A stretch of 63,035 nt of DNA, counting the filler, from Octopus bimaculoides (taxonomy: Eukaryota), in NCBI RefSeq assembly GCF_001194135.2. It is 3 parts of 3 records of this genome, joined end to end, with 100 filler letters (N's around TTAATTAATTAA, not from the genome) between each part and the next. Parts side by side here need not be neighbours in the genome. Positions count along the whole stretch, not along the records: positions 1 to 31,182 come from NC_068985.1; positions 31,283 to 54,741 come from NC_068993.1; 1 more part is not named here. One strand, given 5' to 3'. Numbering within the stretch: the stretch's first letter is position 1; every line of letters begins with the position of its first letter. The notes beneath the pieces were generated by a model. It ran no database searches. It was not told the DNA's origin and saw nothing but the letters and a program-made list of their open reading frames with translations. This document shows, in pieces, positions 29,231 to 42,045 of this stretch. Both the position numbers and the translations under genes were made by a program.

Positions 29231-29699
29231 TTGTGTACCCTTGATGGTGGGAATGGCAGTTTTCAGTAATATAGATCCTCGCACTTGACTGGTACTTTAT
29301 TATATCCACCTAGATATAATGAAAGGCATTGCTTCCTGAACTCTTAGAGATTTGAATTCAGTAACAAAAAAAAAAAAAAGGAAAAGCAAAAGAAGAAAAA
29401 AAACAAGACCTAAATTAAAAGAAAAAAACTAACTGAAATAAGAAGCTAAAGCATTGCTTCAGACGCCCTAACAAGGATAGCAGCTCACCACCCTCTACCC
29501 ACTAATAATAATTGCAGCACTTAAGTCTATTCAGACACTCTCAAACGTCCGAACTTACTAAAGTATCTGCATCATTGATTTGGAATTTGCTGTTCTGCGT
29601 GCTCGTGACTATTCATTGTTAATTTGCAGGTAACACTATATACCACCAACTAATTTATTGGATATTAACAAATTATTATTATTATTATTGCTGGGTACC

Positions 29700-30110
29700 A
29701 ACCCGGGCCGCAGAAGCAATCAAGTTGTCGATGTAAGTGTGACGACGTTTTCCAGTTTTTACATCACCATAAAGTGGGTCCCACAAGACTAATTTGGATG
29801 TTTCCAATTCAGAATGGCGCCTCCAGTGACCAACTAGTCACAGACGTCTTTGTCTGATCTTCTCGCTAACTTTCGGCAGATCTCAATAAAAGCATTCATT
29901 TGTCATATGTTGCTGCCATTTCACATTTAGGGCCAATGGTAACATACTTGTGTAGCATCCATTTATTACGTTTGATAATTTGATAATTACTCTTTCAGTG
30001 TCCATGTTTCACTGCCATAAAATAGCCATGATTCGACAACTGATTGTCACCTCTCTTGTTAAGCTCCAATGATCAGGAGGTAGCATTGACTAAAGAGTAA
30101 CAAACAGTTC
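29700..30110 (-). mobile_element. Decayed RTE-type LINE 3' fragment
   Basis: Minus strand reads DGCYTSMLPLALNVKWQQHMTN...KVSEKIRQRRL.LVGHWRRH...LVLWDP...RRHTYIDNL. Confidence 0.7.
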
Positions 30111-30629
30111 AAAATGATATAGCATTTCAACATCACCTGACGTCAATGGATCGAGTGAATACATGTGATGGATGAAAATGTTCTGTGTGACGTGATGATT
30201 GCTTTATATAACAAAACACACACACACATATACATGTATTTTTATATAATATACATAATNNNNNNNNNNNNNNNNNNNNNNNNNNNNNNNNNNNNNNNNN
30301 NNNNNNNNNNNNNNNNNNNNNNNNNNNNNNNNNNNNNNNNNNNNNNNNNNNNNNNNNNNNNNNNNNNNNNNNNNNNNNNNNNNNNNNNNNNNNNNNNNNN
30401 NNNNNNNNNNNNNNNNNNNNNNNNNNNNNNNNNNNNNNNNNNNNNNNNNNNNNNNNNNNNNNNNNNNNNNNNNNNNNNNNNNNNNNNNNNNNNNNNNTAT
30501 ATAAAGCAGTTGTATACTGGTGCTATTTAGATCTACGAAGCTGGACAACTTTCTGTCGGCCTTGCCACATTTCCTGTGTCCTTATATTTGCGAGCGGGAG
30601 ACAAGCACCCCCACCCAGCCTAGTCTGCA

Positions 30630-30672
30630 TTCAGGGACATGTTTCTGAGTCATTGCTCGTCATCAGCCTGAA
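30630..30672 (-). ncRNA. Minimal type-I hammerhead ribozyme, copy 1
   Basis: uucagg-CUGAUGA-cgagcaaugacuca-GAAA-CAUG-UC-ccugaa: intact core, perfect 6-bp stem I, GAG/CUC stem II, palindromic ACAUGU stem III. Confidence 0.8.
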
Positions 30673-30947
30673 CTAGCAACACCAGCTTGCTGAAGATGTC
30701 CGTCAAGGCCGACAGGAAGCGGTCCAGCTTCCTAGGGCTAAATAGCAGCAGTATGATTCCCTTATTGGGACTGTCACATTAAGTTCACAGTATACAACTG
30801 CTTTATCGTAATACTGCTGTTTAATTCTCTCTGTGAAATTTATAATTAGTTCATTTCTAATTTTTGTAATCAGTGATTGTGTTTTCACTATATATATGTA
30901 GATTTGCGAGGGGTTGACGGACATCTTCAACCACCTGGTGTTGCTAC

Positions 30948-30990
30948 TTAAGGCTGATGACGAGAAATGACTCAGAAACATGTCTCTAAA
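30948..30990 (+). ncRNA. Minimal type-I hammerhead ribozyme, copy 2
   Basis: uuaagg-CUGAUGA-cgagaaaugacuca-GAAA-CAUG-UC-ucuaaa: intact core; stem I has one G-U pair and one mismatch. Confidence 0.7.
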
Positions 30991-31147
30991 TGCAGACAAG
31001 GCTGGGTGGGGGTGTTTCTCTCACCCCCTCGCAAATATAAGGACACAGGAAACGTGTCAAGGCCGACGGGAAGCGGTCCAGCTTCCAAGGGGTAAATAGC
31101 AGCAGTATGATTCCCTTATTGGGACTGTCACATATTGGGACTGTCAC

Positions 31148-31182
<35 letters not shown>

Positions 31183-31226
31183 NNNNNNNNNNNNNNNNNN
31201 NNNNNNNNNNNNNNNNNNNNNNNNNN

Positions 31227-31238
31227 TTAATTAATTAA
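31227..31238. other. Assembly linker TTAATTAATTAA inside an N-gap (artefact)
   Basis: 12-mer with stops in all six frames, flanked by Ns; identical at 54786. Confidence 0.85.
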
Positions 31239-31321
31239 NNNNNNNNNNNNNNNNNNNNNNNNNNNNNNNNNNNNNNNNNNNNATATATATATATATCGGT
31301 GTACGTATACTTGATCTCTTT

Positions 31322-31363
<42 letters not shown>

Positions 31364-31429
31364 GGGCAAACTAACTGTTGAAAAGTTTCAAAGTCTATAT
31401 GATTCAGAATCGTTTATACCCTATAGACA

Positions 31430-31950
31430 ACACATTAACCAACAATACATCTCACCCAAAGGCTGTCTGAGGACAATCTGCAATTACTCACTAAAAGATA
31501 GTTTCTAATGCTGACCTGTTTAGCAAATGTAAGATTGGTGGAATCGAGAGTTTCTTATGCAATCACAATTGCGCTGGGCAGGCCATGTTGTTGGAATGAG
31601 TGATGAAGGAATACCCAAAGTTTTCATGTACAGTCAGCTTGATTGCAGGCACAAGAATGTTGACCAACCAGGGCACAGATATAAGTACAAGCTCAAGAGT
31701 AACCTCTTTGAAATGAAGATAGATCACAACACCTTTTAGCAACAGCCTTGGAGCAAACAAAATGGAGACTGTTGTGTCAAAATGGTATTAGAAACTTTGT
31801 TGCAACCAGCATTAACAGGCTGACCTGCAATCCTCAAGGGCTTTCTTGTAAATTGTTGGTGGGACTTTAATTTCACATTCAGTATAAGCATTATGACTGA
31901 CAAAGAAACAAAGAAAGAGTAGGTTGTTGGATCCTCATACATTGAAACTA
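31430..31950 (+). mobile_element. Decayed RTE (BovB-like) LINE 3' fragment
   Basis: GIESFLMQSQLRWAGHVVGMSDEGIPKVFMYSQL...RYKYKLKSNL; cf. ORF 31557-31739. Confidence 0.75.
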
Positions 31951-31994
31951 ATGGAGAGTCCATCATATGTATATATATATATATCTTTCTCTCT

Positions 31995-32371
31995 TTTCTC
32001 TTTTACTTGTTTCAGTCAATTGACTGCTGCCATGCTGGAGCACCGCCTTTAGTCAAGCAAATCGACCCCAGGACTTATTCTTTGTAAGCCTAGTACTTAT
32101 TCTATTTGTCTCTTTTGCCGAACTACTAAGTTACAGGGACTTAAACACACCAGCATTGGTTGTCAAGTGATGTTGGGGGGGACAAACACAGACACACAAA
32201 CACACATACATACATATATACAACAGGCTTCTTTCAGTTTCCGTCTACCAAATCCATTCACAAGGCTTTGGTCGGCCCGAGGCTATAGTAAAGACACTTG
32301 CCCAATGTGCCACGCAGTGGGAATGAACCCGGAACCATGTGGTTGGTAAGCCAGCTACTTACCACACAGCC
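31995..32371 (-). mobile_element. SINE family A, near full-length and well conserved
   Basis: cttttacttgtttcagtc...gccatgctggagcaccgcc...ccacgcagtgggaatgaacccggaaccatgtggttggtaagc...accacacagcc. Confidence 0.9.
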
Positions 32372-32574
32372 NNNNNNNNNNNNNNNNNNNNNNNNNNNNN
32401 NNNNNNNNNNNNNNNNNNNNNNNNNNNNNNNNNNNNNNNNNNNNNNNNNNNNNNNNNNNNNNNNNNNNNNNNNNNNNNNNNNNNNNNNNNNNNNNNNNNN
32501 NNNNNNNNNNNNNNNNNNNNNNNNNNNNNNNNNNNNNNNNNNNNNNNNNNNNNNNNNNNNNNNNNGTGTGTGTC

Positions 32575-32608
<34 letters not shown>

Positions 32609-33564
32609 AAATGTAATTTAGATTCAATTGAATTAGGTACTTTTTAAACTGAGGTACCTTGTTAAGACAAACTTATTTGCACACTCAAACAATATTTGGT
32701 GATTATCAAATTCTACGTAGAATTTTTTCCACCCAATATTCATGCAGTGTATGCAGATGGCAAGATCCAACTTAGTGAATAAATCCGCACCTGTTTGTTC
32801 AGACATGTACTTTATATAAATATACTTTCCACATATTTCTGAAGTACAGATTCCAGGGTAGGTGAGTAAAATATAAATGAGTAACAAAGATGTATGAGTG
32901 TCAATTCATTACAGCTGTTTCGAATGACTCCTTTAATTGGTGAATGAAAGCATTACATCATTACAAAGAAAACTGTCCTCATCAGATGACTGCATAGGCT
33001 TCAAGCATAAAGGCCAAGTTCGATATTTAAACATATTCACAATGATTCCGCTGCTAAATTTTTGGGCAGAATATAAAAAGGACAAGCCAGAAATTAGCAT
33101 AGGCTAGAAGTAGGGGAAAGGAATGAATGAAAGTAGTGACCACGTTTTCTAGACGCCAAAGACAATAGGGAGGATATAGTCTTCAAAACATCTTAAATTA
33201 GATCTTTAGGGAGTCATAAATTAATTAGTATCATGACAGACCATTCTACTATCTGAGGAAATGGAACTTTACATCCAGCTATATCAACATCCTCTTCTCT
33301 TTCTATTATCACCACTCCCCCCATCAGATATTCTCGTTTACCACCCAATGTCCTACCCTTTTGGTAGTTTCCAGCTTGAAATTTCTGGAACCTTCGTTGA
33401 CATTGGCTTCCGCTTAAAACACTAAAAAATCTTGCACTAAGAATAAAAACAAGATAAAATTACAACCTGCTTTCATAGCAAGTTGACACAGGTAGTTTAT
33501 TCTGTCCCCTCTGAATTTTAGTTCATGCAATTGAAAAAATCCTCATTATTTATGGGATGATCCA

Positions 33565-33614
<50 letters not shown>

Positions 33615-33623
33615 GTGTGTGTG

Positions 33624-33662
<39 letters not shown>

Positions 33663-34540
33663 GCATGTGTGCGTGTATATANNNNNNNNNNNNNNNNNNN
33701 NNNNNNGTGACTTTAAAACCTGCTCTGTGTAAGCATTCGACTTGTTTGGGCATGCTTACGTTTAAAAACAATTTTAGAATGATTTTTTTCTGTCAAAAGC
33801 TAAAAATAACTGACCAACAAAAAAAGAATAAACCAACCAAGATTGAATCAAATCAAAAAGTAAACCCAAATGCTAAGTGAACAAAGATGAACCGTCCCAC
33901 GTCCATTGCGCGTGCACATGCACACATTCACATGCACCCCCCCCCCCTATTACATACACACATATATATTCACACAGAGTTGAAACGCTGTTTGATTTAT
34001 TTTTTCAGCATACAATTTTCATCATTCCACTACCAAGTATGACATCACCCCTTTCTTCCTTATTCATCTATCACCCATTCCTTTCTCATTCATAGACACA
34101 AGAGTATTATTATAGTAGATTATCTCGTAACCATGGGAGCTATGACAAAGATACAAAGCCCAGCATCACCACCGGATCATTCTACACATCTGTGTAATTT
34201 TTCACGCAATTCTTTTAGCTTTTCTCTTAGTAACAACTTTTCAGTGTATGTCTTTTAAAGATGATCAGTCTAATTGCACACACACACACACACACACATG
34301 CACGCATGCATGCATGCATGCACACACGTATGTACACATATGTTCATGATGGTGATATGCATCCACACACTAGCAATTCTCAAATTGACAATTATGACCC
34401 ACCTCACCCACTCAGCACAAGATTTTAATTGGAAATTTTGGGCCTTATTACTGAGAATACAAAATAATTTGCATCCATATAATTCTTCACATTTCACCCT
34501 AGTATTGGAGAAGTTCTAGAAATTTAAAATCATCTTTACA

Positions 34541-34696
34541 GAGGCATGGCTGTGGTAAGAAGCTTGCTTCCCAACCACGTCGTTCTGAGTTCAGTCCCAC
34601 TGTGTGACAGCTTGAGCAAGTGCCTTCTACTATAGCATCAGGCCGACCAAAGCCTTGTGAGTGAATTTGGTAGATGGGAACTGAAAGAAGCTCATC

Positions 34697-34700
<4 letters not shown>
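34541..34700 (+). mobile_element. SINE family A, 5' half
   Basis: ggcatggctgtggtaagaagcttgcttcccaaccac...gagttcagtcccactgtgtgacagcttgagcaagtg. Confidence 0.85.
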
Positions 34701-34732
<32 letters not shown>

Positions 34733-34735
<3 letters not shown>

Positions 34736-34885
34736 CATCATCATCATCGTTTAACGTCCGCTTTCCATGCTAGCATGGGTTGGACGATTTGACTGAGGAC
34801 TGGTGAAACCGGATGGCAACACCAGGCTCCAATCTAATTTGGCAGAGTTTCTACAGCTGGATGCCCTTCCTAACGCCAACCGCTC
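34733..34885 (-). mobile_element. 3' end of a retroposon with (TGA)n tail (RTE-associated type)
   Basis: Reverse complement reads ggttggcgttaggaagggcatccagctgtagaaa...catggaaagcggacgttaaacgatgatgatg. Confidence 0.55.
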
Positions 34886-35772
34886 AGAGAGTGTATATAT
34901 ATTCTTTTATTNNNNNNNNNNNNNNNNNNNNNNNNNNNNNNNNNNNNNNNNNNNNNNNNNNNNNNNNNNNNNNNNNNNNNNNNNNNNNNNNNNNNNNNNN
35001 NNNNNNNNNNNNNNNNNNNNNNNNNNNNNNNNNNNNNNNNNNNNNNNNNNNNNNNNNNNNNNNNNNNNNNNNNNNNNNNNNNNNNNNNNNNNNNNNNNNN
35101 NNNNNNNNNNNNNNNNNNNNNNNNNNNNNNNNNNNNNNNNNNNNNNNNNNNNNNNNNNNNNNNNNNNNNNNNNNNNNNNNNNNNNNNNNNNNNNNNNNNN
35201 NNNNNNNNNNNNNNNNNNNNNNNNNNNNNNNNNNNNNNNNNNNNNNNNNNNNNNNNNNNNNNNNNNNNNNNNNNNNNNNNNNNNNNNNNNNNNNNNNNNN
35301 NNNNNNNNNNNNNNNNNNNNNNNNNNNNNNNNNNNNNNNNNNNNNNNNNNNNNNNNNNNNNNNNNNNNNNNNNNNNNNNNNNNNNNNNNNNNNNNNNNNN
35401 NNNNNNNNNNNNNNNNNNNNNNNNNNNNNNNNNNNNNNNNNNNNNNNNNNNNNNNNNNNNNNNNNNNNNNNNNNNNNNNNNNNNNNNNNNNNNNNNNNNN
35501 NNNNNNNNNNNNNNNNNNNNNNNNNNNNNNNNNNNNNNNNNNNNNNNNNNNNNNNNNNNNNNNNNNNNNNNNNNNNNNNNNNNNNNNNNNNNNNNNNNNN
35601 NNNNNNNNNNNNNNNNNNNNNNNNNNNNNNNNNNNNNNNNNNNNNNNNNNNNNNNNNNNNNNNNNNNNNNNNNNNNNNNNNNNNNNNNNNNNNNNNNNNN
35701 NNNNNNNNNNNNNNNNNNNNNNNNNNNNNNNNNNNNNNNNNNNNNNNNNNNNNNNNNNNNNNNACAGATATA

Positions 35773-35850
35773 CGAGGTCTGATCAATAAGTATCCGGACT
35801 CTTACCATAGCAACAAAGCTTAAACTTTCAGAGTGACCAGACATTAACTT
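35773..35850. mobile_element. Isolated mariner TIR end
   Basis: ta-cgaggtctgatcaataagtatccggact; same TIR family as 37077-37721. Confidence 0.7.
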
Positions 35851-35879
35851 TATAGATTTAAAATATATATATATATTTA

Positions 35880-37069
35880 CAGGGTGCATAAGGTATTTGA
35901 GAACATACCTTTTTTGAGTCATTGCTGCATTTTTGCTAACTCTGTATAATTTTTGTTTCAGAAAATAATAATGGCAGACCCTCAGCTTACTCAAGAAATG
36001 AAGAGGCATGCTGTTATTGTGGTTATAAAGGCTGAGCATAGCGATTTAGAAATATGTTGAATTTTAAAAGTTGCCAGATCTTTCATCTACAAAGTTTGTA
36101 AGGACCTAGAATCTGAAGATGGAAATGTATCACCAGTATCAAAGCATAAAAAGCATTCTAAATGCTCTGAAATCATCAGAATACCTGAATTTATCCAGCA
36201 AGTTCAACAGACCATCAATTGCAATCCCAAAAATCCTATGAGGTCACTTACAAAAGATCTCCATGTGTCAGAAGGAACAGTCAGAAATGTTGTCCACAAA
36301 GATATCAAATATATTGTCTTATATGATGAGGAAGGGTCAATCTGTCAGAAAAAGCAAAAGAAAATCACTACATCAAATTGAAAAATCCAGCAGAGGAAGA
36401 TTTGATTTGGTTTTCTCAAAGGAAAAAACTTCAACGAAGACCAAAAGGTTAACAGGAGAAATGACAGATGGCTATGTGTAAACCTTTCTGAAGTTCCAAG
36501 TGTTATGCATACAAAATTTCCTGCAACTGTCATACTTTTAGGGATTGTCAGCAATGAAGGACATGTGATGCCTCCTTGCTTCTTTCCACAAGGCCTTACA
36601 TTGAGGTCCTGGAATAATTGTTACGCTCTAGATAGACAGTGTATGCAATAGAAGGCTATATGTGTTTTATTAAGACTCTGCACTATCACACATGGCTCTA
36701 GTAACACAGGAATGGATGGCTGAAAATTTTCATGATCATTTGGCCTCCTAATTCCCCAGATTTCAATCCACTGGAGTGTTGTTGAGAGAAAGGTCAGAAA
36801 AAACGCCCATAACACCAAAGATTCTATGAAAGCTGCCATAGTCAGAGTAATGTCCAAAATGAACCAGGACCACTTGATTTGAGCATGGAGATGATTTAGA
36901 TTCCATATAGAAGTAGCTGTTGAAGCTGAAGGTAGCTTTATTGAATAACATTATAGAAAAGGTTTATTTTTATCCTCATAATATTTTTTGATAAATAAAG
37001 TTTTTATCTGTTATTATATATCTGCTTTTTATAAACATAAATTTTTCCTCAAATGTCTTATGCACCCTG
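35880..37069 (+). mobile_element. Decayed Tc1/mariner-superfamily transposon (maT/DD37D-like)
   Basis: TIRs cagggtgcataag / cttatgcaccctg. Remnants MKRHAVIV...SLTKDLHVSEGTVRNVVHKDI, KFPATV..LGIVSNEGHVMPPCFFPQG, QDSA.SH and PNSPDFNP. Confidence 0.8.
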
Positions 37070-37076
37070 TGCATAT

Positions 37077-37721
37077 ATGGTGGTCTGATCAATAAGTATT
37101 CAGACTGTTGCCATAGTAACGTAGCTATAACACACAAAGTAAAGCCACTTGGCACAGATTGACCTTGTGTTCTGCTGTGCATACACACTAAGTTTAAACG
37201 TCCTAGCTCAATGCTGCTGTTTACGGCAGTGCTTGGGAGGAAGGTGTGTAGTGTGTGATCATTGCATCTGCACATCCTCTGATAACTCATGGAAGGTGAT
37301 TCGACGATTTCTTCTCACAGCTACACGCACATATGCGATACTTTTCTCAGTTCTGCTGGTTGACGGTCTCCCAAAACGTTCATCAATATCGACATTATTT
37401 CCGCCATCTTGGAAACGACTGAACCACTTGTACACTTGTGTGCGGTTCATACACTCCTCTCCATACACTTTCTGCAATTTTGTGTAGGCTTCTGAGCAGG
37501 TATCGCCATGACAACTTTTTCTATTGTGGTCAATGCGACGATAACACACGACACACGTTCCTTCCAAGCAGTACTGTAAACAGTGGAAGTGAGCTAGAAC
37601 GTTAAAACTTAGTGCGATGCACAGCAGATTTTAAAGTCAGTCTGTGCCAAGCGGCTTTACTGTGCGTGCTTTAGCTTCGTTACTATAGCAACAGTCCGGA
37701 TACTTATTGATCAGTCCTCGT
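37077..37721 (-). mobile_element. Internally deleted mariner element (N-terminal HTH only)
   Basis: TIRs ggtctgatcaataagtattcagactg / cagtccggatacttattgatcagtcctcg. ORF 37259-37567 reads EAYTKLQKVYGEECMNRTQVYKWFSRFQDG...DERFGRPSTS. Confidence 0.85.
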
Positions 37722-37947
37722 GTATATATGCATATATATATATATATATATATATATACCAGAGTAAGCATATAAATGTGAAACAAGGTGTAAAAAATAG
37801 TACTCGAATACTTGTGGTAGGAGGTAGAGTAATATGCTTTATTAATAAAGATGCAAACACCTCACAAAAACTGTTACTCTGAGCTATGTATCTGCAACTT
37901 TATTAAGTATATACATGTCTGTGTGTGTGCGTGTGCGCGTGTGTGTC

Positions 37948-38007
<60 letters not shown>

Positions 38008-38321
38008 TGCATATGTATGTATGTATGTATGTATATGGGTGAGTGTACAAAGGAAAGGAGGCATTCAACACATTTAGTAGAAGGTACATTTATTATTATT
38101 TAATATAAAAGCGACTCAAAAGGTCATGATTTTCCTGTGTACCGCTGAGTCACTTCTGTGTAATTTTGGGCGATTTCTGACGATTAAAAGTAGACGATAG
38201 AGATTATAAAAAAATAAGTGTGTGTGTGTGTGTGTGGAAAAATACTGAGTTAAAACAAACAACTGTCCACATAACTCCAGATAGGCTTGTGTGCAGCTCA
38301 GAAAACGTAATCGATATTAAT

Positions 38322-38560
38322 GCTTTATATGATATACACGTGTTTCGTGACATTGGCAGACATCAATTACGAGAGCACAAAATACAGTTACCTGAACAAA
38401 TGTCGCCAGCCTCATTCATCGGCACTTTTTGGTATTTTTGCCGAGTAATGACCGTTGAATGAGACGAGTGGCATTTGTTCACGTAACCGAGTTGTATGCT
38501 CACGTAATTGATGTTTTGCCAGTGTTATAAAGCACGTGTACAGTATACATTAGATAAAGC
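38322..38560. repeat. Old imperfect palindrome (MITE-like)
   Basis: 38322-38417 is approximately the reverse complement of 38457-38560. Confidence 0.65.
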
Positions 38561-39496
38561 ATTGCCACTGATTACGTTTTCTATGTACTTTATAAATACA
38601 AATACACACACACACACACACATATACGTTCATAAATGTCTATTCCTTTGTCATCTCACTTTCTTTTGTACATACATACATACATACATACATACATACA
38701 GCCGACTTTAATTCAGAGAAGCGTAAAGCTTGGAGTTAAAAATTTTAAAATAGCAATCAAATAAATCATTTGTAGTTTGTTTTAGTTCTTTCATCCAATA
38801 GAATTCTTTTTAAATTATTGCACTCACTTTTGGATTTATTGGGCCTTTTAGATGTAAAAAGCCGTTAAATTTAACTGAGTTCCTCTGAATTTACCAAGAC
38901 CCTTCTAAGTTTTGGGGCCTTCTCAAACTGTTCGAGAACCCTTGATATAACGGGACCTCTTTATTATCTTATATTTTGCATATGCTATTTTTTAAATAGT
39001 GCCTTTAAAGAAACACTTTGATATAACGATAATGCACTATCCATGAACATGTCAGAAAGTATCAAATTTGAGGAAGATGAGAGAAGAAAAACAACAAAAT
39101 AGGAAAATTGAAAATTGAGACGAAGTTATTAATGTTCTTTGTATTAATGTTATTTACAACATTACAGTGGTTTTTACGATGCGCATTTGTATTGTTTACA
39201 TCTACAGCAGTGTTTTTCAGGCATTAATTCTGGAACCCTCTGATTCTTATTTTCCTCAAGTGGACCCTCCTGGCCATTGGACGCTTTAAAAATCCTATTA
39301 TGTTTTCATAATTAAAAATATTATTAAGAATTGTATAAAAGAAATTGTTAAAAATATTTTGTGTATTGCACATAAATTTTAACAACAAAATCTTATTTTG
39401 ACCCCATCCCCAAAGGGCCTATGGACCTCACAGGTCTAAATCCGACCCCGCTTACGTCCGTGTGTGGGTGTTTGTGTGTGAGAGAGAGAGAGAGGG

Positions 39497-39534
<38 letters not shown>

Positions 39535-39557
39535 GACAGACAGACACACAGACAGAC

Positions 39558-39602
<45 letters not shown>

Positions 39603-39897
39603 CGACGACGAGGAGGTGGTGACGACAGAGACGATGGCTGCGGTGATACAAGAGGCGGTCGCAATGGTGCAGCGTGGGTGGTAGCGAGAGCGAAAGCTAC
39701 GACGGCAGCGGTCGTGACGTTGATGATATTCTGTAGATGTCGCCTAATGTTTTGTAATGAAAAAGAATTTAAGATTCGATATAAAGAGAAAAGTATCTAC
39801 ATCGTAATATTAATATTTATTGATATTTAATTTCATATTTGATTTACATACATAAAAGATTATACATACCAGAAGTTTATCAGTTAAGCATATCTGA

Positions 39898-40087
39898 GCA
39901 TGTCTAGATATGCAAGTATTTGCATGAGAAGGCATGCATAAAACAGAACATACAAATCTGCACGTATACACTTAAAAATAGCCCGTTGTTGATGTTGAAA
40001 TTCCAATGAAGGAGCCTTGGATCTAGGTTAGAAACCGGCTCTTTCACTATTGGCAAGAAATCTTGAAATAAAACAGAATGACATACA

Positions 40088-40090
<3 letters not shown>
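39898..40090 (+). mobile_element. 3' UTR of the (CATA)n-tailed RLE family
   Basis: gagcatgtctagatatgcaa...gcatgaga...aacatacaaatctgcac matches 43711-43766; ends in catacatac. Confidence 0.65.
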
Positions 40091-40129
<39 letters not shown>

Positions 40130-40168
40130 CGCGCGCGTGCATACATTCATTCAAACATACATACATAC

Positions 40169-40862
40169 CAGTGGTGGCTCATGTATAGGCACAGTGGAAC
40201 TGCAGCACCTACTATTTCCACTTGAGATTATCGATAACATTCAGTATAATGAGTCCTTTTTTCTTTAATTCTTTCTTTATACTTGCACATTAAACAATCC
40301 TTAAGCATAATGTCAGTAGCAAGCCCCTAGTTTATGAAAAAATACAAAAATCCTTGTATAGAACTGTGCGCTCCACAGTTCCAGCGACGCGGTGTTTGGC
40401 TGTCGTGCGCGTGCTCATATGTCCGAGATAGGAAGCTTCACACTAGGAAGAGAGAGCACTGCGTGAACGACAGTGCCGGATGAAAGGTAGTGTTTCTTTC
40501 TGACCCTGCGTGAGTTGTGCTTAAAAACGTGTTTGTATTCTTGAATGTGATAAAGTGTAGAATTAGATTATCATCCTCCTTCCAGCTTCAGTGTTGCTGC
40601 CAGGATTTGAAAAATAGAGCACATCCCCACCACCACCTATTTTGTGATTTAGGGGAGATTTTTGAAAAACAAGGGTTAATTCCCGGCGGTGTTCACTGAA
40701 CAAATTAAACACACTACCCGGCAGTGGCTAAAACGCGAACCGATCAAGTTTCTGTATAAATATTTTTTATATTTGTTTGTTTCCTTTTACACAATATTAA
40801 AACAACGGCTAAAAATTTTCTGAAACAGCACCCCCACTAATTTTATCTACGAGCCGCCACTG
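40169..40862. mobile_element. Non-autonomous hAT element
   Basis: TIRs cagtggtggctcatgta / tctacgagccgccactg. 8-bp TSD ATACATAC at 40161-40168 and 40863-40870. Confidence 0.85.
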
Positions 40863-41005
40863 ATACATACGTACATGTACATTTATACGTACAAACCATA
40901 CATTCATAGATGCATACATTCATACACACACATGTAATATATACATCTATTTTTGTATGCGCGCGCGTATAGATAGAATTAATCAGAAACTAGATAGATA
41001 GATAG

Positions 41006-41381
41006 ATACATTTCTTTTATTAGCCACACAGGGCTCAACGAAGATGGGACAAATACAATGTAGAGCTTTTCTTTTTGGGAGGGGGGGGNNNNNNNNNNNN
41101 NNNNNNNNNNNNNNNNNNNNNNNNNNNNNNNNNNNNNNNNNNNNNNNNNNNNNNNNNNNNNNNNNNNNNNNNNNNNNNNNNNNNNNNNNNNNNNNNNNNN
41201 NNNNNNNNNNNNNNNNNNNNNNNNNNNNNNNNNNNNNNNNNNNNNNNNNNNNNNNNNNNNNNNNNNNNNNNNNNNNNNNNNNNNNNNNNNNNNNNNNNNN
41301 NNNNNNNNNNNNNNNNNCTCTTTTGCCTTTTTGTTTTATTATTTTTTTTCTTGTTCATAGGGTTATGCTCAAGATGGCTCC
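41006..41381 (-). mobile_element. Retroposon 3' end embedded in (GATA)n, partly in a gap
   Basis: atacatttcttttattagccacacagggctcaac.aagatgggac.aatacaatgtagagctt, with (GATA)n on both sides; second copy at 53431. Confidence 0.6.
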
Positions 41382-41474
<93 letters not shown>

Positions 41475-41779
41475 CCAGATAGATAGATAGATAGATAGAT
41501 AGACTGTATTCTGTTTAATTATTAAACAATGATATGCTATAGGGGATGAACTGCGAACCAGCCGTGTCCCATGTAACTTTTGCTACGGGAAACTACAGTT
41601 AGAAGCATTAACAACGAAGGGTGAGAAGAGTAATTTAACCTGCTTCACATTGGTTTTATCAGACTAAATGTCATGGAGTCGCCTCCCTTGGACTGTTAAC
41701 ACCACAAATATTCTTTTCAAAATTTTTTGCACATTAACGAAGTTTCATAAGTTCATCAACAGACAGTTTCATATTGAGC

Positions 41780-41862
<83 letters not shown>

Positions 41863-42014
41863 AGAGAGAGAGAGAGAAGGAGAGAGAGAGAGAGAGAGAG
41901 AGTGAGAGAGTTAGGCAGACCAACAAAGAAACAAAGATTGTTAGATCTTGGTGGATTTTTTTACATACATGCATAAAATGTACGAGTACGCGTGTTCATA
42001 ATACAGACGTACAT

Positions 42015-42044
<30 letters not shown>

Positions 42045-42045
<1 letters not shown>

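Larger units (their letters stand above)
30498..31149. mobile_element. Hammerhead-containing ~354-bp repeat: one inverted copy (30498-30706) fused to ~1.25 direct units (30703-31149); retrozyme or Penelope terminal repeat candidate
   Basis: tcaaggccgac recurs at 30703 and 31057 (period 354). 30498-30706 is a diverged reverse-complement copy with a small deletion. Both sides end at N-gaps. Confidence 0.8.

Noticed and set aside
30690-30730. Apparent third hammerhead CUGAAGA-UGUC...GACA-GGAA-GCG-GUC
   Set aside because: It straddles the inversion junction (two unrelated halves), has GGAA instead of GAAA and lacks a good stem I; probably coincidental.
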